A stretch of 62,675 nt of DNA from a virus. The notes under the pieces were generated by a model. It ran no database searches. It was not told the origin of the DNA and was given only the letters and a program-made list of their open reading frames with translations. Where the stretch lies: the IMG/VR virus record IMGVR_UViG_3300022748_000002; one strand, given 5' to 3'. Every line of letters starts with the position of its first letter. Positions within the stretch are counted from its first letter, which is position 1. A program made the position numbers and the translations under genes. Below are positions 18,211 to 27,580 of the stretch, piece after piece.

Positions 18211-19658
18211 TTGATCCAATCTTTCAGTTCTTCGCCAAGCACTTGGTTGGCGATGTTGATTTTGTTGCGCAGCGCCTTGACGATGTGCTCGTCCACGGTG
18301 CCGGGGCTGATGAAGTCAATGTAGGTCACCTTGTCGGTCTGGCCGATACGGTGTGCGCGGTCCTCGGACTGCAGCCGCTTTTCCAAGTCAAAGCTGTTGC
18401 TGTAGTAGATGACGGTCTTGGCTTCGGTCAAGGTGATGCCGTAGCCGCCGGTGCTGGGGTTGCCAACAAAGAAGCGCAGGTCATTGGCTGGGTCTTGGAA
18501 TCGCGTCACGATTTCTTGGCGCTCCTCCGCTTCGGTGTCGCCGAAGTAGGTGGCCACAGAGGTCATGCCGTACTCCTTTTGGATGGCCAGCTTGATGTTC
18601 TCAATGTCGCGGCGGTAGTTGGCCCAGATGATGACCTTGCCTTGGCATTCCTCGAGCGTGGACATCAGCTCATTGACGCGGTTGCTGGGGATGTCGATCT
18701 GCTGGCCATCATCGAACTTCACGTGGCCACAGCAAATCTGATGCAGGCGCATGATCTGGGTCAGCGCGTTGTTGGTTGACATCAGGTTGCCGTCAATCAA
18801 GGTCAGCGCCATCAACTTCATCTGGTTGTAGTAGGTGATCTGCTCTTTGGTGAGCTCGATCTCGCGGCGCAGGAACACCTTGTCTGGCAGGTCCAAGCAC
18901 TCGTCTTTGGTCACGCGGAATGCAAAGCTCTCCAGCTTTTTCTGCAGCTCGTCCAAGTGCCGGTAGCCGACGATCTGTTTGAAGGTGTGGGTGGCCATCT
19001 TGCGTTCAACGAGGACCGCGTACCGTGCTTGGAAAGCGAAGTAGCTGTTGTAGTTGAGGTAGCCGGGGCCGAGGAATTCACACTGACTGTAGACATCCAG
19101 CGGGGACTTGGTGACCGGCGAGCCCGTGGCGATGCGGCGGTAGCGCGCCTCTTTGCCCACCTTGACGATGCCCTTGGTGCGCTTGGCTTTGGAGTTTTTG
19201 ATGGTGGTCGATTCGTCGATGGCCATGAAGGCATCGGTGACGCGAAGGAAGGTGCGGGCGAACAGAATGCCCTTCTCAGTGCTGAACGCTTCGACGTTCA
19301 TGACCAAGATGCGCATGCTGTCCACGTCGTTGAGCATCTTGTCCATTTCCAGCTTTTCCGCCTTGCGGGGGCTGGGCGACCAAGCTGCCATGGTGTAGGG
19401 CACGTGGTCTGGCATGTGTTTGGGGATTTCGGAGGTGTACCAGTTCCGGTAAACGCCCTTTGGTGCTACGATAAGCATCGCATTTATTTTGCCTTTGTCG
19501 TACAACATGGCCGCATTGTTGATGAGCATAAAGCTCTTGCCAGTGCCCATTTCGGCAAAGAGGGCAGCCCCTTCATCTTCCCAGAAACGCTGTAAATACG
19601 CGGCTTGGTGGACAAATGGCTTGTTCTTGAACGGGTACCGTTCCAAAAAATAATTCAT
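18207..19658 (-). CDS. SNF2-family (SF2) DNA helicase/translocase (483 aa)
   Basis: Motif I AEMGTGKS, motif II AIDESTTIKN, and C-terminal motifs V/VI YYSNSFDLEKRLQSEDRAHRIGQ. Confidence 0.85.
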   Translation of the reverse strand: MNYFLERYPFKNKPFVHQAAYLQRFWEDEGAALFAEMGTGKSFMLINNAAMLYDKGKINAMLIVAPKGVYRNWYTSEIPKHMPDHVPYTMAAWSPSPRKAEKLEMDKMLNDVDSMRILVMNVEAFSTEKGILFARTFLRVTDAFMAIDESTTIKNSKAKRTKGIVKVGKEARYRRIATGSPVTKSPLDVYSQCEFLGPGYLNYNSYFAFQARYAVLVERKMATHTFKQIVGYRHLDELQKKLESFAFRVTKDECLDLPDKVFLRREIELTKEQITYYNQMKLMALTLIDGNLMSTNNALTQIMRLHQICCGHVKFDDGQQIDIPSNRVNELMSTLEECQGKVIIWANYRRDIENIKLAIQKEYGMTSVATYFGDTEAEERQEIVTRFQDPANDLRFFVGNPSTGGYGITLTEAKTVIYYSNSFDLEKRLQSEDRAHRIGQTDKVTYIDFISPGTVDEHIVKALRNKINIANQVLGEELKDWIK

Positions 19659-19696
19659 GATCTTTCTGCGCTTTCTTTAAAAAAGGTGGTGACACC

Positions 19697-19726
19697 TTGA
19701 AAAGTAGTGTACACTAATCGTACGTT
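19697..19726 (+). promoter_or_regulatory. Candidate promoter of the replication unit
   Basis: TTGAAA, 18 nt, TACGTT, then TTTAGAAAGGATAGTGTAAC-GTG (19747). Confidence 0.4.
19705..19716. promoter_or_regulatory. 12-bp perfect palindrome TAGTGTACACTA (operator-like)
   Basis: Lies in the spacer of the plus-strand promoter and next to the -10 of the minus-strand promoter. Confidence 0.3.
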
Positions 19727-19745
19727 TTTAGAAAGGATAGTGTAA
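19717..19745 (-). promoter_or_regulatory. Candidate face-to-face promoter for the SNF2 operon
   Basis: On the minus strand: TTACAC, 17 nt, TACGAT. It overlaps the plus-strand promoter. Confidence 0.35.
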
Positions 19746-19746
19746 C

Positions 19747-20088
19747 GTGACTGAACGAACTGCCACCGTGTATGTTGTGCAAGAGATGCCCAACCATGAC
19801 ATTGCTTCTGCAATGCGTTTTGGTGATCTAAGCGTCTTGCTGCCATCAAACACACAGATTGCTTTTTCTACTGTGCCCACCGTGCGCCTGCTCAAACGCA
19901 AGCTGCGCGGTTTCACAGACAAGGATTTCCTGTTGTTGACAGGAGACCCTGTAGCTATGGGCTTGGCCAGCTCGATAGCCGCAGCCTATAACTCTGGCCG
20001 CTACCGTGTGTTGAAGTGGGACCGTCGCGAACGCATGTACATCCCTGTTAGCATTGACATTACTGAGAATGGAGAAAGAGATGAGTGA
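19747..20088 (+). CDS. Hypothetical protein (113 aa)
   Basis: GTG start preceded by the conserved leader TAGAAAGGATAG. First gene of the rightward replication unit. Confidence 0.55.
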   Translation: MTERTATVYVVQEMPNHDIASAMRFGDLSVLLPSNTQIAFSTVPTVRLLKRKLRGFTDKDFLLLTGDPVAMGLASSIAAAYNSGRYRVLKWDRRERMYIPVSIDITENGERDE

Positions 20089-20638
20089 AAACATCAACAT
20101 GTTTGAGCAGGACGCTGGTGCCCTGCAAGTCAAGAACGAGGACCTGTCCTCAGTTGGCGCATTGGCCAAGCGTGCCAAAGAGCTCGAGAAAGAAATCGAA
20201 GAGATCGATGACATCTTGAAAGAGCGCAAAGAGCAGCAACGCAAGTTGCTCGAAGAGACCATCCCCTCCATGTTGCAAGAGCTCGGCATGTCCGACTTCA
20301 CCATGGCCGATGGCAGCAAGATCACCGTCAAGCCTTTCTACAGCGCAAGCATCAAGGAAGACAACCGTGCCCAAGCCTACGAATGGCTGCGCGAGCACGG
20401 CTATGACGACATCATCAAAAACACTGTGTCTGTACGTTTTGGCCGTGGCGAAGACGGCTTGTGCGACACGTTACTGAATCAACTGCGCGAGCAAAACTAC
20501 CCAGTCGAGCAAGCGCAGAAGATCGAGCCCCAGACCTTGAAAGCTTGGGTTCGCGAACAGGTGGAGCGCGGAAGCGACTTCCCTACCGAGCTGTTTGGCG
20601 CATACGTGGGCCAAAAAGCAACCATCAAATCAGCATGA
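20081..20638 (+). CDS. Coiled-coil protein (185 aa), replication/recombination accessory by context
   Basis: Trimmed to ATG 20081 with SD GGAGAAAGAG. N-terminal charged coiled coil. No confident family call. Confidence 0.55.
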   Translation: MSENINMFEQDAGALQVKNEDLSSVGALAKRAKELEKEIEEIDDILKERKEQQRKLLEETIPSMLQELGMSDFTMADGSKITVKPFYSASIKEDNRAQAYEWLREHGYDDIIKNTVSVRFGRGEDGLCDTLLNQLREQNYPVEQAQKIEPQTLKAWVREQVERGSDFPTELFGAYVGQKATIKSA

Positions 20639-20655
20639 ACGAAGGACATTTAAAA

Positions 20656-21429
20656 ATGGCTAAGAACGAAGTTGCAGTAAAAGACGCCAACACTGCATTG
20701 GCAATGGTCGGTGGTTTTGAAGAGGACGCAAATAGCGGCTTCGAGGGCATGGGTCAGGAAGACTTTGCGCTTCCATTCCTCAAGCTCTTGACCAACACAA
20801 GCCCAGAAGTGGGCGAAGTTGACGGCGCTATGCCCGGCTTCATCATGAACACCGTGACAGGCGAGTTGCACGACGGCAAGAAGGGCATCATTGTCATTCC
20901 AGTCGCCTACGTGCGTCAGTACATTGAATGGGCACCACGCGGCTCCGGCAGCGGCGCACCTATCAATATCTACCCCGCCACGTCAGACATCTTGACTCGC
21001 ACACACCGCGAGCCCGGCGAATCCAAGGACTACTTGGACAACGGTAACTACATCGAAAACACAGCCAACCACTACGTGATGGTCGTCAACGATGCAGGCA
21101 TCCCTGAGCCAGCTTTGATTGTGATGAAGTCGACACAGCTGAAAAAATCACGCAAGTGGAACAGCATGTTGATGTCTACCAAGCTGATGGGCAAAAACGG
21201 CCCCTTCACGCCTCCTATGTACTCACACACCTATCGTTTGACATCGCAAGCCGAGTCGAATGACAAGGGCAAGTGGTTTGGCTGGGAAGTCGAGAAGATC
21301 GGACCAATCGAAGACATGAATCAGTACGCTGCCGCCAAGGCTTTCGCTGCACAAATCGGTGCCGGCGAAGTCAAGGTCAAGCATGAGCACGAAGGCGCTG
21401 GTACCAACGCCGGACCCGCACCATTCTGA
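20656..21429 (+). CDS. Putative ssDNA-binding protein (257 aa)
   Basis: ATG 20656 (alternative ATG 20635 overlapping the upstream stop). The C-terminus ends ...GPAPF, like the aromatic tails of SSBs. Its position before the primase fits. Weak functional call. Confidence 0.4.
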   Translation: MAKNEVAVKDANTALAMVGGFEEDANSGFEGMGQEDFALPFLKLLTNTSPEVGEVDGAMPGFIMNTVTGELHDGKKGIIVIPVAYVRQYIEWAPRGSGSGAPINIYPATSDILTRTHREPGESKDYLDNGNYIENTANHYVMVVNDAGIPEPALIVMKSTQLKKSRKWNSMLMSTKLMGKNGPFTPPMYSHTYRLTSQAESNDKGKWFGWEVEKIGPIEDMNQYAAAKAFAAQIGAGEVKVKHEHEGAGTNAGPAPF

Positions 21430-21434
21430 TTTCA

Positions 21435-21456
21435 GGGGCCCCTTAGCGGGGGCCCC
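21435..21456 (+). terminator. Stable GC hairpin after the SSB-like gene (attenuator/terminator candidate, no U-run)
   Basis: GGGGCCCC-TTAGCG-GGGGCCCC, followed by GCTTCC. Confidence 0.35.
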
Positions 21457-21476
21457 GCTTCCGATAGAGAGACGAG

Positions 21477-23009
21477 ATGACCGATATAACAAAATTCAAA
21501 GCGATATTCAGCGGTCTGGATATTGCATATGGCACGTACAGAATCAAAGCGGAGCGCGGAGATGGAAAACAAGCCGGGCAGGCCACGGTGGTTAGAAAAC
21601 CACCAACAGATGATCTTTGGGTCAAACATTTGGAAGGCGTTGAGCCTTCTCTTGGCATTATCCCTATTCGTGCCGATAACAGTTGCATATGGGGTTGCAT
21701 CGATATTGACCAGTACCCTCTCGACCATAAAGGGTTGGTTGAAAAAGTAGCACAGCTCAAGCTACCCATGGTGGTATGCCGAAGCAAATCAGGAGGTGCA
21801 CATGTATTCCTTTTCACTCGCACGCCACAGCCAGCGCGCGATTTCCAAACCTATCTCAAAAATGCAGCTGCGCTACTTGGCGAAGCTGGACGTGAAATCT
21901 TCCCCAAGCAAGCTGAAATTCTTGTCGACCGTGGTGACACGGGAAACTTCCTCAACCTGCCCTACTTCGCAGGTGAACTCAGCACGCGCTATGCCTTCAA
22001 CAGTGATGGGTCAGCGGCAACGATGGATGAGTTCTACGCGCTATACGAAGCCAATGTCCAAGATACGCTCGATGCTGTCCCTGAAGCGCCAAAGCAAGCT
22101 GAGAGTCCCATCAAAGACGGCCCGCCTTGCCTTCAAGCTCTATGTGCCCAAGGATTCCCAGAGGGCACGCGCAATAATGGACTATTCAACATTGCTGTGT
22201 ATCTTAAAAAGGCTCACCCCGGATCGTGGGAAGACAAAATGGTGGAGTACAACTTTAAGTACGTATCTCCCCCCTTGCCAAACAATGAAGTTCAGATTGT
22301 CCTCAAGCAGGCCAATAAGAAAGACTACCATTACAAATGCAAAGACGCGCCACTCAATGGCTTCTGCAATAGCGGCCTCTGCCGCACGCGCAAGCATGGC
22401 ATCGGAGCAAACAGTCCTGATGCACCTCAGATAGCATCCCTCTCCAAGTACGCCAGCGAACCACCACTGTGGTTCTTGGATGTGAACGGTCGTCGCATTG
22501 AGCTCGAGACAGATGCTCTGCACACACAAACCCTGTTCCAAAAAGCGTGCCTCGAGAAAATCAATTTGCTGCCACCCACGCTGCGCAAGCAGGATTGGGA
22601 GAACCTGTTGAACGCCTTGCTCAAAGAGATGGTGGAAACAGAGCAGATCACCGAAGCCTCGGAAGACACCAGCGTCACCGGCAAATTCAACGACCTGTTG
22701 GAAGAGTTCGCTGCCCACATGCAGCAGGCCATGGCCCGCGAAGAGTTGCTCATGGGCCGCCCATGGACTGACGACGACGAAGCCAAGACCTACTTCCGCA
22801 TGAAGGACCTCGAAGCGCATTTGAAGCGCAACAACTTTGCTGGCCTGTCAGCACCGAAGATGGCACAGCGTCTGCGTGACATGGGGGGTGAGCCCATCAG
22901 CTTGTTCCTCAAAGGTCGCACCGTGCGCTGCTGGCGCATTCCAAAGTTCGACAAGCAAGACGCACCGTTTGACACACACACCGTACGCACCGAAGGGAGC
23001 CCCTTCTGA
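21477..23009 (+). CDS. Primase-polymerase (AEP family) with PriCT-like domain (510 aa)
   Basis: AEP motifs WGCIDIDQY and SKSGGAHVFLF. PriCT-type segment FPEGTRNNGLFNIAVYLKKA. Confidence 0.8.
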   Translation: MTDITKFKAIFSGLDIAYGTYRIKAERGDGKQAGQATVVRKPPTDDLWVKHLEGVEPSLGIIPIRADNSCIWGCIDIDQYPLDHKGLVEKVAQLKLPMVVCRSKSGGAHVFLFTRTPQPARDFQTYLKNAAALLGEAGREIFPKQAEILVDRGDTGNFLNLPYFAGELSTRYAFNSDGSAATMDEFYALYEANVQDTLDAVPEAPKQAESPIKDGPPCLQALCAQGFPEGTRNNGLFNIAVYLKKAHPGSWEDKMVEYNFKYVSPPLPNNEVQIVLKQANKKDYHYKCKDAPLNGFCNSGLCRTRKHGIGANSPDAPQIASLSKYASEPPLWFLDVNGRRIELETDALHTQTLFQKACLEKINLLPPTLRKQDWENLLNALLKEMVETEQITEASEDTSVTGKFNDLLEEFAAHMQQAMAREELLMGRPWTDDDEAKTYFRMKDLEAHLKRNNFAGLSAPKMAQRLRDMGGEPISLFLKGRTVRCWRIPKFDKQDAPFDTHTVRTEGSPF

Positions 23010-23269
23010 TGACGCAAGAAATTATTGAGCTGGCTAAAAAAATTGCCACCGAAGCAAGCAAAGTTGGCCCTTATCGCACTTGGACACATGAATACGCCAT
23101 GAGCTTAATCATGCAGCTGGTTGACGCCAGCGCAGCTAAAAAGCAAGCGGAGATGCAGGAGCAGATTGAAACCCTGTATGCGATGTACAAACAGGCTTGC
23201 GATCAGCGCGATGCGCTGATGGACCAGCAGAGCTCCATGATCGCTGCGATGCGTGGGAAGCTGCAGTGA
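23009..23269 (+). CDS. Hypothetical protein (86 aa)
   Basis: ATGA-type overlap with the primase stop. Helical. Confidence 0.55.
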   Translation: MTQEIIELAKKIATEASKVGPYRTWTHEYAMSLIMQLVDASAAKKQAEMQEQIETLYAMYKQACDQRDALMDQQSSMIAAMRGKLQ

Positions 23270-23436
23270 TGACAAAAATTGTTCGACGATTTGTACTGAT
23301 CGAAGGCAAGACGCTGTCCCTGTATGTGGATGGAAAGCGCAGAGCAGTCTTTGATTGGGTTGACGATGAGGAAAGCTATGAAGAGCTCCTCAAAACTGTT
23401 GAGTACGTGCGCACATTTGTTCCGGAGGCCAAATGA
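23269..23436 (+). CDS. Hypothetical protein (55 aa)
   Basis: Track ORF 23197..23436 trimmed to ATG 23269, which overlaps the upstream TGA. Confidence 0.45.
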   Translation: MTKIVRRFVLIEGKTLSLYVDGKRRAVFDWVDDEESYEELLKTVEYVRTFVPEAK

Positions 23437-23690
23437 CATATCCAATGTTGGCCGTGGCCATGACAAGATCACTGGGAATCGCCCTGTCTACTGAAGACGC
23501 ACAGCGCCTGCACGAAAAGCTACAGGAGATTGCCTCTCAGGTAGCACTGCAAGAGCGAGCTGCATGTATTCAGATATGTAAAGAGCAGGCCAAGGTGTAT
23601 CTCAGTCTGCCGAAGACCATCACCACCGACACCTCATGGGCCGTGTGTGTTGATATTGCAGATGCCATCCAAGCACGGGGCCAGCAATGA
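23433..23690 (+). CDS. Hypothetical protein (85 aa)
   Basis: ATGA overlaps on both sides. Confidence 0.55.
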   Translation: MTYPMLAVAMTRSLGIALSTEDAQRLHEKLQEIASQVALQERAACIQICKEQAKVYLSLPKTITTDTSWAVCVDIADAIQARGQQ

Positions 23691-25189
23691 GCCACATCCA
23701 CAAGGTCTTCGGACCACCCGGATCAGGCAAGACAACCTACTTGCTGAACGTGGTGGAGAAAGAATTAGCGGATGGCATCCACCCGATGCACATCGGCTAT
23801 TTCAGCTTCACGCGCAAGGCGGCCAACGAAGCGCGCGACCGTGCGATTCTGAAGTTCCCCTCGCTCAACGCCAAGACAGATTTCCCCTTCTTTCGCACGC
23901 TGCACAGCCTCGCATTTCGATGCATGTCGGTCAAGGCCGACATGATCATGCAGCCAGAACACTACCGCGAGTTCGCTGCCCAAGTAGGCATCGAGCTGAC
24001 CGTCACATCAGAAGATGAAGTGGACGTGGCCAAGGCCGACAACCCCATCCTGAACGAGATCAACCTAGCCCGCATCCGCGGCGTGGACCTGCGCCAGCAC
24101 TACAACCAGAGCGGCCTCGACATTGAGTGGTACCACTTCGAGTTTGTGGAGCGTAGCTACAGACACTACAAACGGTCCAAGGACCTGCTGGATTTCACCG
24201 ACTTGCTGGAGATGGCGGTGGTGGACCACAACCGATTACCCTCACTGGAGGTTCTAATCGTCGACGAAGCGCAGGATTTAAGTCGTTTGCAGTGGCAAAT
24301 GGTCGAAGCCTTGGCCGCGAAGGCGAAAAGGGTCTTCCTCGCCGGAGACGACGATCAGGCAGTATTCACTTGGGCCGGTGCCGATGTCAAGAGCTTTCTG
24401 TCATTCACTGGCCACGTGACCGTGCTCCAGCAGTCCTACCGCGTGCCGTCGACCGTGCATGCCTTGGCCAACCGCATCGTGCACCGCATCCGCGAGCGCC
24501 AGCCCAAGGAATGGAAGGCCCGCGACTTCGAAGGCATGGTCAAGACCTACTACCGCTTTGAAGACATCGACGTGGGCGAAGGCCAGTGGCTCATCATGGC
24601 CGCCACCAACTACATGCTCAACTCAGTGCACGAATGGCTGCGCAGCCAAGGCATCTTGTTTGAGCGCGGCGGTGTGCCAAGCCTGAACCCCGCCATGATC
24701 AAAGCTGTGATCACATGGGAGCGCCTGCGCGCCGGCCAAGACGCCAATTACGAAGACGTGAAAAACGTCTACAAATATCTCGGTGGTGAGTTCGTGAACC
24801 GTGGCCACCGGACCTTCAAGAACGGTGACCCCGACCTGATCTATTTCCTTGAAGACCTGCAACGCGACCACGGCCTGACCACCAAAGCAATTTGGCACGA
24901 AGCCCTGTCCCGCATTCCGGACGACAAGCGTGAGTATTTGATCGCGGTCCTGCGCCGCAAAACAAAGCTCTCCAGCGTTGGCCGCATCAAGTTATCCACA
25001 ATCCACGGAGCCAAAGGCGGAGAGGCCGACAACGTCATGTTGCTCATGGACCTTTCACCGAAGTTCGCCAAGGAATATGCAGATAACGGCGACAACGTCC
25101 ACCGACTTTTTTACGTGGGCATTACCCGCGCAAAGCAATCATTGCACTTAGTGCTTCCCCGCTTTCAAGAAAAAGGATTCCGTCTATGA
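23687..25189 (+). CDS. UvrD/Rep-like SF1 DNA helicase (500 aa)
   Basis: Walker A FGPPGSGKTT, Walker B LIVDEAQDL, and C-terminal STIHGAKGGEADNV and LFYVGITRAKQSL. Confidence 0.85.
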   Translation: MSHIHKVFGPPGSGKTTYLLNVVEKELADGIHPMHIGYFSFTRKAANEARDRAILKFPSLNAKTDFPFFRTLHSLAFRCMSVKADMIMQPEHYREFAAQVGIELTVTSEDEVDVAKADNPILNEINLARIRGVDLRQHYNQSGLDIEWYHFEFVERSYRHYKRSKDLLDFTDLLEMAVVDHNRLPSLEVLIVDEAQDLSRLQWQMVEALAAKAKRVFLAGDDDQAVFTWAGADVKSFLSFTGHVTVLQQSYRVPSTVHALANRIVHRIRERQPKEWKARDFEGMVKTYYRFEDIDVGEGQWLIMAATNYMLNSVHEWLRSQGILFERGGVPSLNPAMIKAVITWERLRAGQDANYEDVKNVYKYLGGEFVNRGHRTFKNGDPDLIYFLEDLQRDHGLTTKAIWHEALSRIPDDKREYLIAVLRRKTKLSSVGRIKLSTIHGAKGGEADNVMLLMDLSPKFAKEYADNGDNVHRLFYVGITRAKQSLHLVLPRFQEKGFRL

Positions 25190-27051
25190 GAACCATGCCT
25201 ATGTTTCCAACCCACACTGAATGGGTTGCGCCACAATCTTTCCCCAATTTATCCACTGCCAAGGAGATTGCAATTGACCTCGAAACCTGCGACCCGAATC
25301 TGGAATCTTTTGGACCGGGCTGGCCCCGCAACGATGGTTTTATTGTTGGCTACGCTGTCGCCGTTGAGGGATGGTCTGGCTATTACCCTGTCGCCCATCA
25401 AGGCGGCGGTAACCTCGACAAGCGACTCGTCGAGCGATGGGTCGCAGACGTCTGCAAAACGCAAGCAGACAAGATCATGCACAACGCTGCATATGACTTG
25501 GGCTGGCTCCGCGCCTCGGGCTTCGAAGTCAACGGCACCATTTACGACACCATGCTTGCGGCCCCACTACTCGATGAGAATCGTTTCAGCTTCTCCCTCA
25601 ATGCCTTGGGATTCGATTACCTCAAAGAGATCAAGTCTGAACAGGGTTTGAAGCAAGCGGCCGCCGACTTCGGTGTGCACCCCAAGAAAGAGCTGTGGAA
25701 GCTGCCGGCCATGTACGTGGGCGACTACGCCGAGCAAGACGCTGCGCTCACGCTCAAACTCTGGCAGGCATTCAAAACCAAGATGCGCATCGACGATGTC
25801 GAGTCCATCTTCCAACTCGAAACCGAAGTCTTCCCCGTCCTGTTCAACATGACATACAAGGGGATTCGCTTTGACCGTGAGAAGTGCGCCAAGCTCATCG
25901 ACCAGTTGGTGGCGCGCGAGAAGCAGATTCACAAAGACCTGCGCAGTGCCTGCGGCTCCACAGTGGATATTTGGGCTGCTGCGTCCATCGCTCACGCCTT
26001 CGACAAACTGGGCGTGCAGTACGGCAAAACAGCAGCAGGTCAGCCCAGCTTCACCAAGGGTTTCTTGGACTCTTGCGACCACCCTGTGGCCAAGATGATT
26101 GTTGAGGCCCGCGAGACCAACAAAACACACAGCACCTTCTTGCAGCCCTACATGGATTTCAGCGCCAAAACTGGCCGCATCCACCCGCACGTCAACCAGA
26201 TGCGCTCGGATGATGGCGGTACGGTCACCGGCCGACTGTCCATGGCCCAGCCCAATCTGCAGCAAGTGCCTGCGCGTCACGAAATCATCGGCCCTATGGT
26301 GCGCGGTCTCTTCCTGCCGGAAGAGGGCGAGCTGTGGGCATCCAACGACTTTTCATCACAGGAACCACGCCTGCTGGTGCACTATGCGTCGCTGCTGAAT
26401 TTGCCCGGCGCGGAGACCATGGTCGAGGCGTACCAGACCGATCCGAACACCGACTTCCACCAAATGGTCGCAGACATGGCAGGAATCAAGCGCAAGGCCG
26501 CCAAAACGATTGGCCTAGGGCTCATGTACGGTATGGGCAAAAACAAGCTTGCAGGGCAGCTAGATTTGTCTTTGGACGAGGCTTCTGAACTCATCGACAC
26601 CTTCCACAAGAAGGTTCCGTTCCTGAAGGGCACCGTCAACGCCGTGATGAAACGCATCGACCACCCCGCTTCTGGCGGCGCGATCCGCACCCTGCTGGGC
26701 CGCAAGTGCCGCTTCCCGCTGTGGGAGCCAATGGAGTGGGGCGTGAACAAGGCTCTGCCCCATGAGCAGGCCGTCATTGAATATGGCCAACGGATCAAGC
26801 GTGCGGGCACCTACAAGGGCCTGAATCGTTTGATTCAGGGCTCTGCTGCCGACCAAACCAAAGCAGCCATGGTGGCGCTGGCCAAAGCGGGCCACACCCC
26901 CATCCTGCAGGTGCACGACGAAGTGGCCTTGAGTGTCAAATCACGCGACGAGGCTCAAGCGGCTGCAGAGATAATGGCAAAAGCCGCGAACATGGTGGTG
27001 CCAAGCCGCTGTGACGTTGAAGTTGGACCAAGCTGGGGAGAAGCGAAATGA
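25186..27051 (+). CDS. Family A DNA polymerase with 3'-5' exonuclease domain (621 aa)
   Basis: Exo motifs IDLETCD, HNAAYDLGWL and YAEQDA. Pol motif A NDFSSQEPRLL, motif B RKAAKTIGLGLMYGMG, motif C LQVHDEV. Confidence 0.9.
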   Translation: MRTMPMFPTHTEWVAPQSFPNLSTAKEIAIDLETCDPNLESFGPGWPRNDGFIVGYAVAVEGWSGYYPVAHQGGGNLDKRLVERWVADVCKTQADKIMHNAAYDLGWLRASGFEVNGTIYDTMLAAPLLDENRFSFSLNALGFDYLKEIKSEQGLKQAAADFGVHPKKELWKLPAMYVGDYAEQDAALTLKLWQAFKTKMRIDDVESIFQLETEVFPVLFNMTYKGIRFDREKCAKLIDQLVAREKQIHKDLRSACGSTVDIWAAASIAHAFDKLGVQYGKTAAGQPSFTKGFLDSCDHPVAKMIVEARETNKTHSTFLQPYMDFSAKTGRIHPHVNQMRSDDGGTVTGRLSMAQPNLQQVPARHEIIGPMVRGLFLPEEGELWASNDFSSQEPRLLVHYASLLNLPGAETMVEAYQTDPNTDFHQMVADMAGIKRKAAKTIGLGLMYGMGKNKLAGQLDLSLDEASELIDTFHKKVPFLKGTVNAVMKRIDHPASGGAIRTLLGRKCRFPLWEPMEWGVNKALPHEQAVIEYGQRIKRAGTYKGLNRLIQGSAADQTKAAMVALAKAGHTPILQVHDEVALSVKSRDEAQAAAEIMAKAANMVVPSRCDVEVGPSWGEAK

Positions 27052-27275
27052 CGAATGAAATCGATATTGGCTACACACCAAACTGCAATTCAGCGACGAC
27101 ACACATGCGTCGCATCGATGGTGAACTGAAAGTGACAACCACAACATCCAGTTGCCTCAATCGATTTGAGGTGATGACCAAGTTTGGGATAGAGCTAGAC
27201 CAAATCAATCGCGCATGCCTGCATGTGGCATTGGATGAATGGTTGGATGATCGTGAAAAAATAATGGCCGGATAA
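27048..27275 (+). CDS. Hypothetical protein (75 aa)
   Basis: ATGA overlap with the polymerase stop. Last gene before the convergent terminator. Confidence 0.5.
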   Translation: MTNEIDIGYTPNCNSATTHMRRIDGELKVTTTTSSCLNRFEVMTKFGIELDQINRACLHVALDEWLDDREKIMAG

Positions 27276-27309
27276 GTATCCAATCCAGCTTTTTAAGTAT
27301 CAAGCAAAA

Positions 27310-27325
27310 GGGCCCCGCGGGGCCC
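27310..27325. terminator. GC palindrome at the convergence of the replication (+) and leftward (-) units, candidate bidirectional terminator
   Basis: GGGCCCCGCGGGGCCC, a 16-nt perfect palindrome flanked by AAAA and TT. Confidence 0.5.
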
Positions 27326-27580
27326 TTAGTTGTTGGTGGCGGCCGGGAACCCCCAACCCTGTACTCTATCGCCAGATTTTGAACTTGACCACCAACACGA
27401 CTGAGGACTGTTTAGGGTAGCTACTCCCATGCTCTCATCGGGTTTAAGGACTTGTAGTTGGCTGGCTTGCAAGACACCAAACTCTCAGAGGCCCACTGAC
27501 CGATTCTATGAACCAATCCTCATGCATGTTGGCGCTGGCGTTTTGCGTCCGCCAGCACGACGTTTCTCATCCCGGAGAAA

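Noticed and set aside
24992-25000. A perfect DnaA box, TTATCCACA, inside the helicase gene.
   Set aside because: It is a single isolated 9-mer within coding sequence, and about 0.5 are expected by chance. It also lowers the weight of the box at 38729.
27331-27397. A tRNA-like element: a 9-bp closing stem, with GGTTCCCGGCCGCCACCA on the minus strand. Also a TTCGAATCC 9-mer at 38871-38879.
   Set aside because: The interior is only 49 nt and I could not form D, anticodon and T arms. At 38871 the flanking bases do not form a T-stem. No tRNA is called. tRNAscan would settle it.
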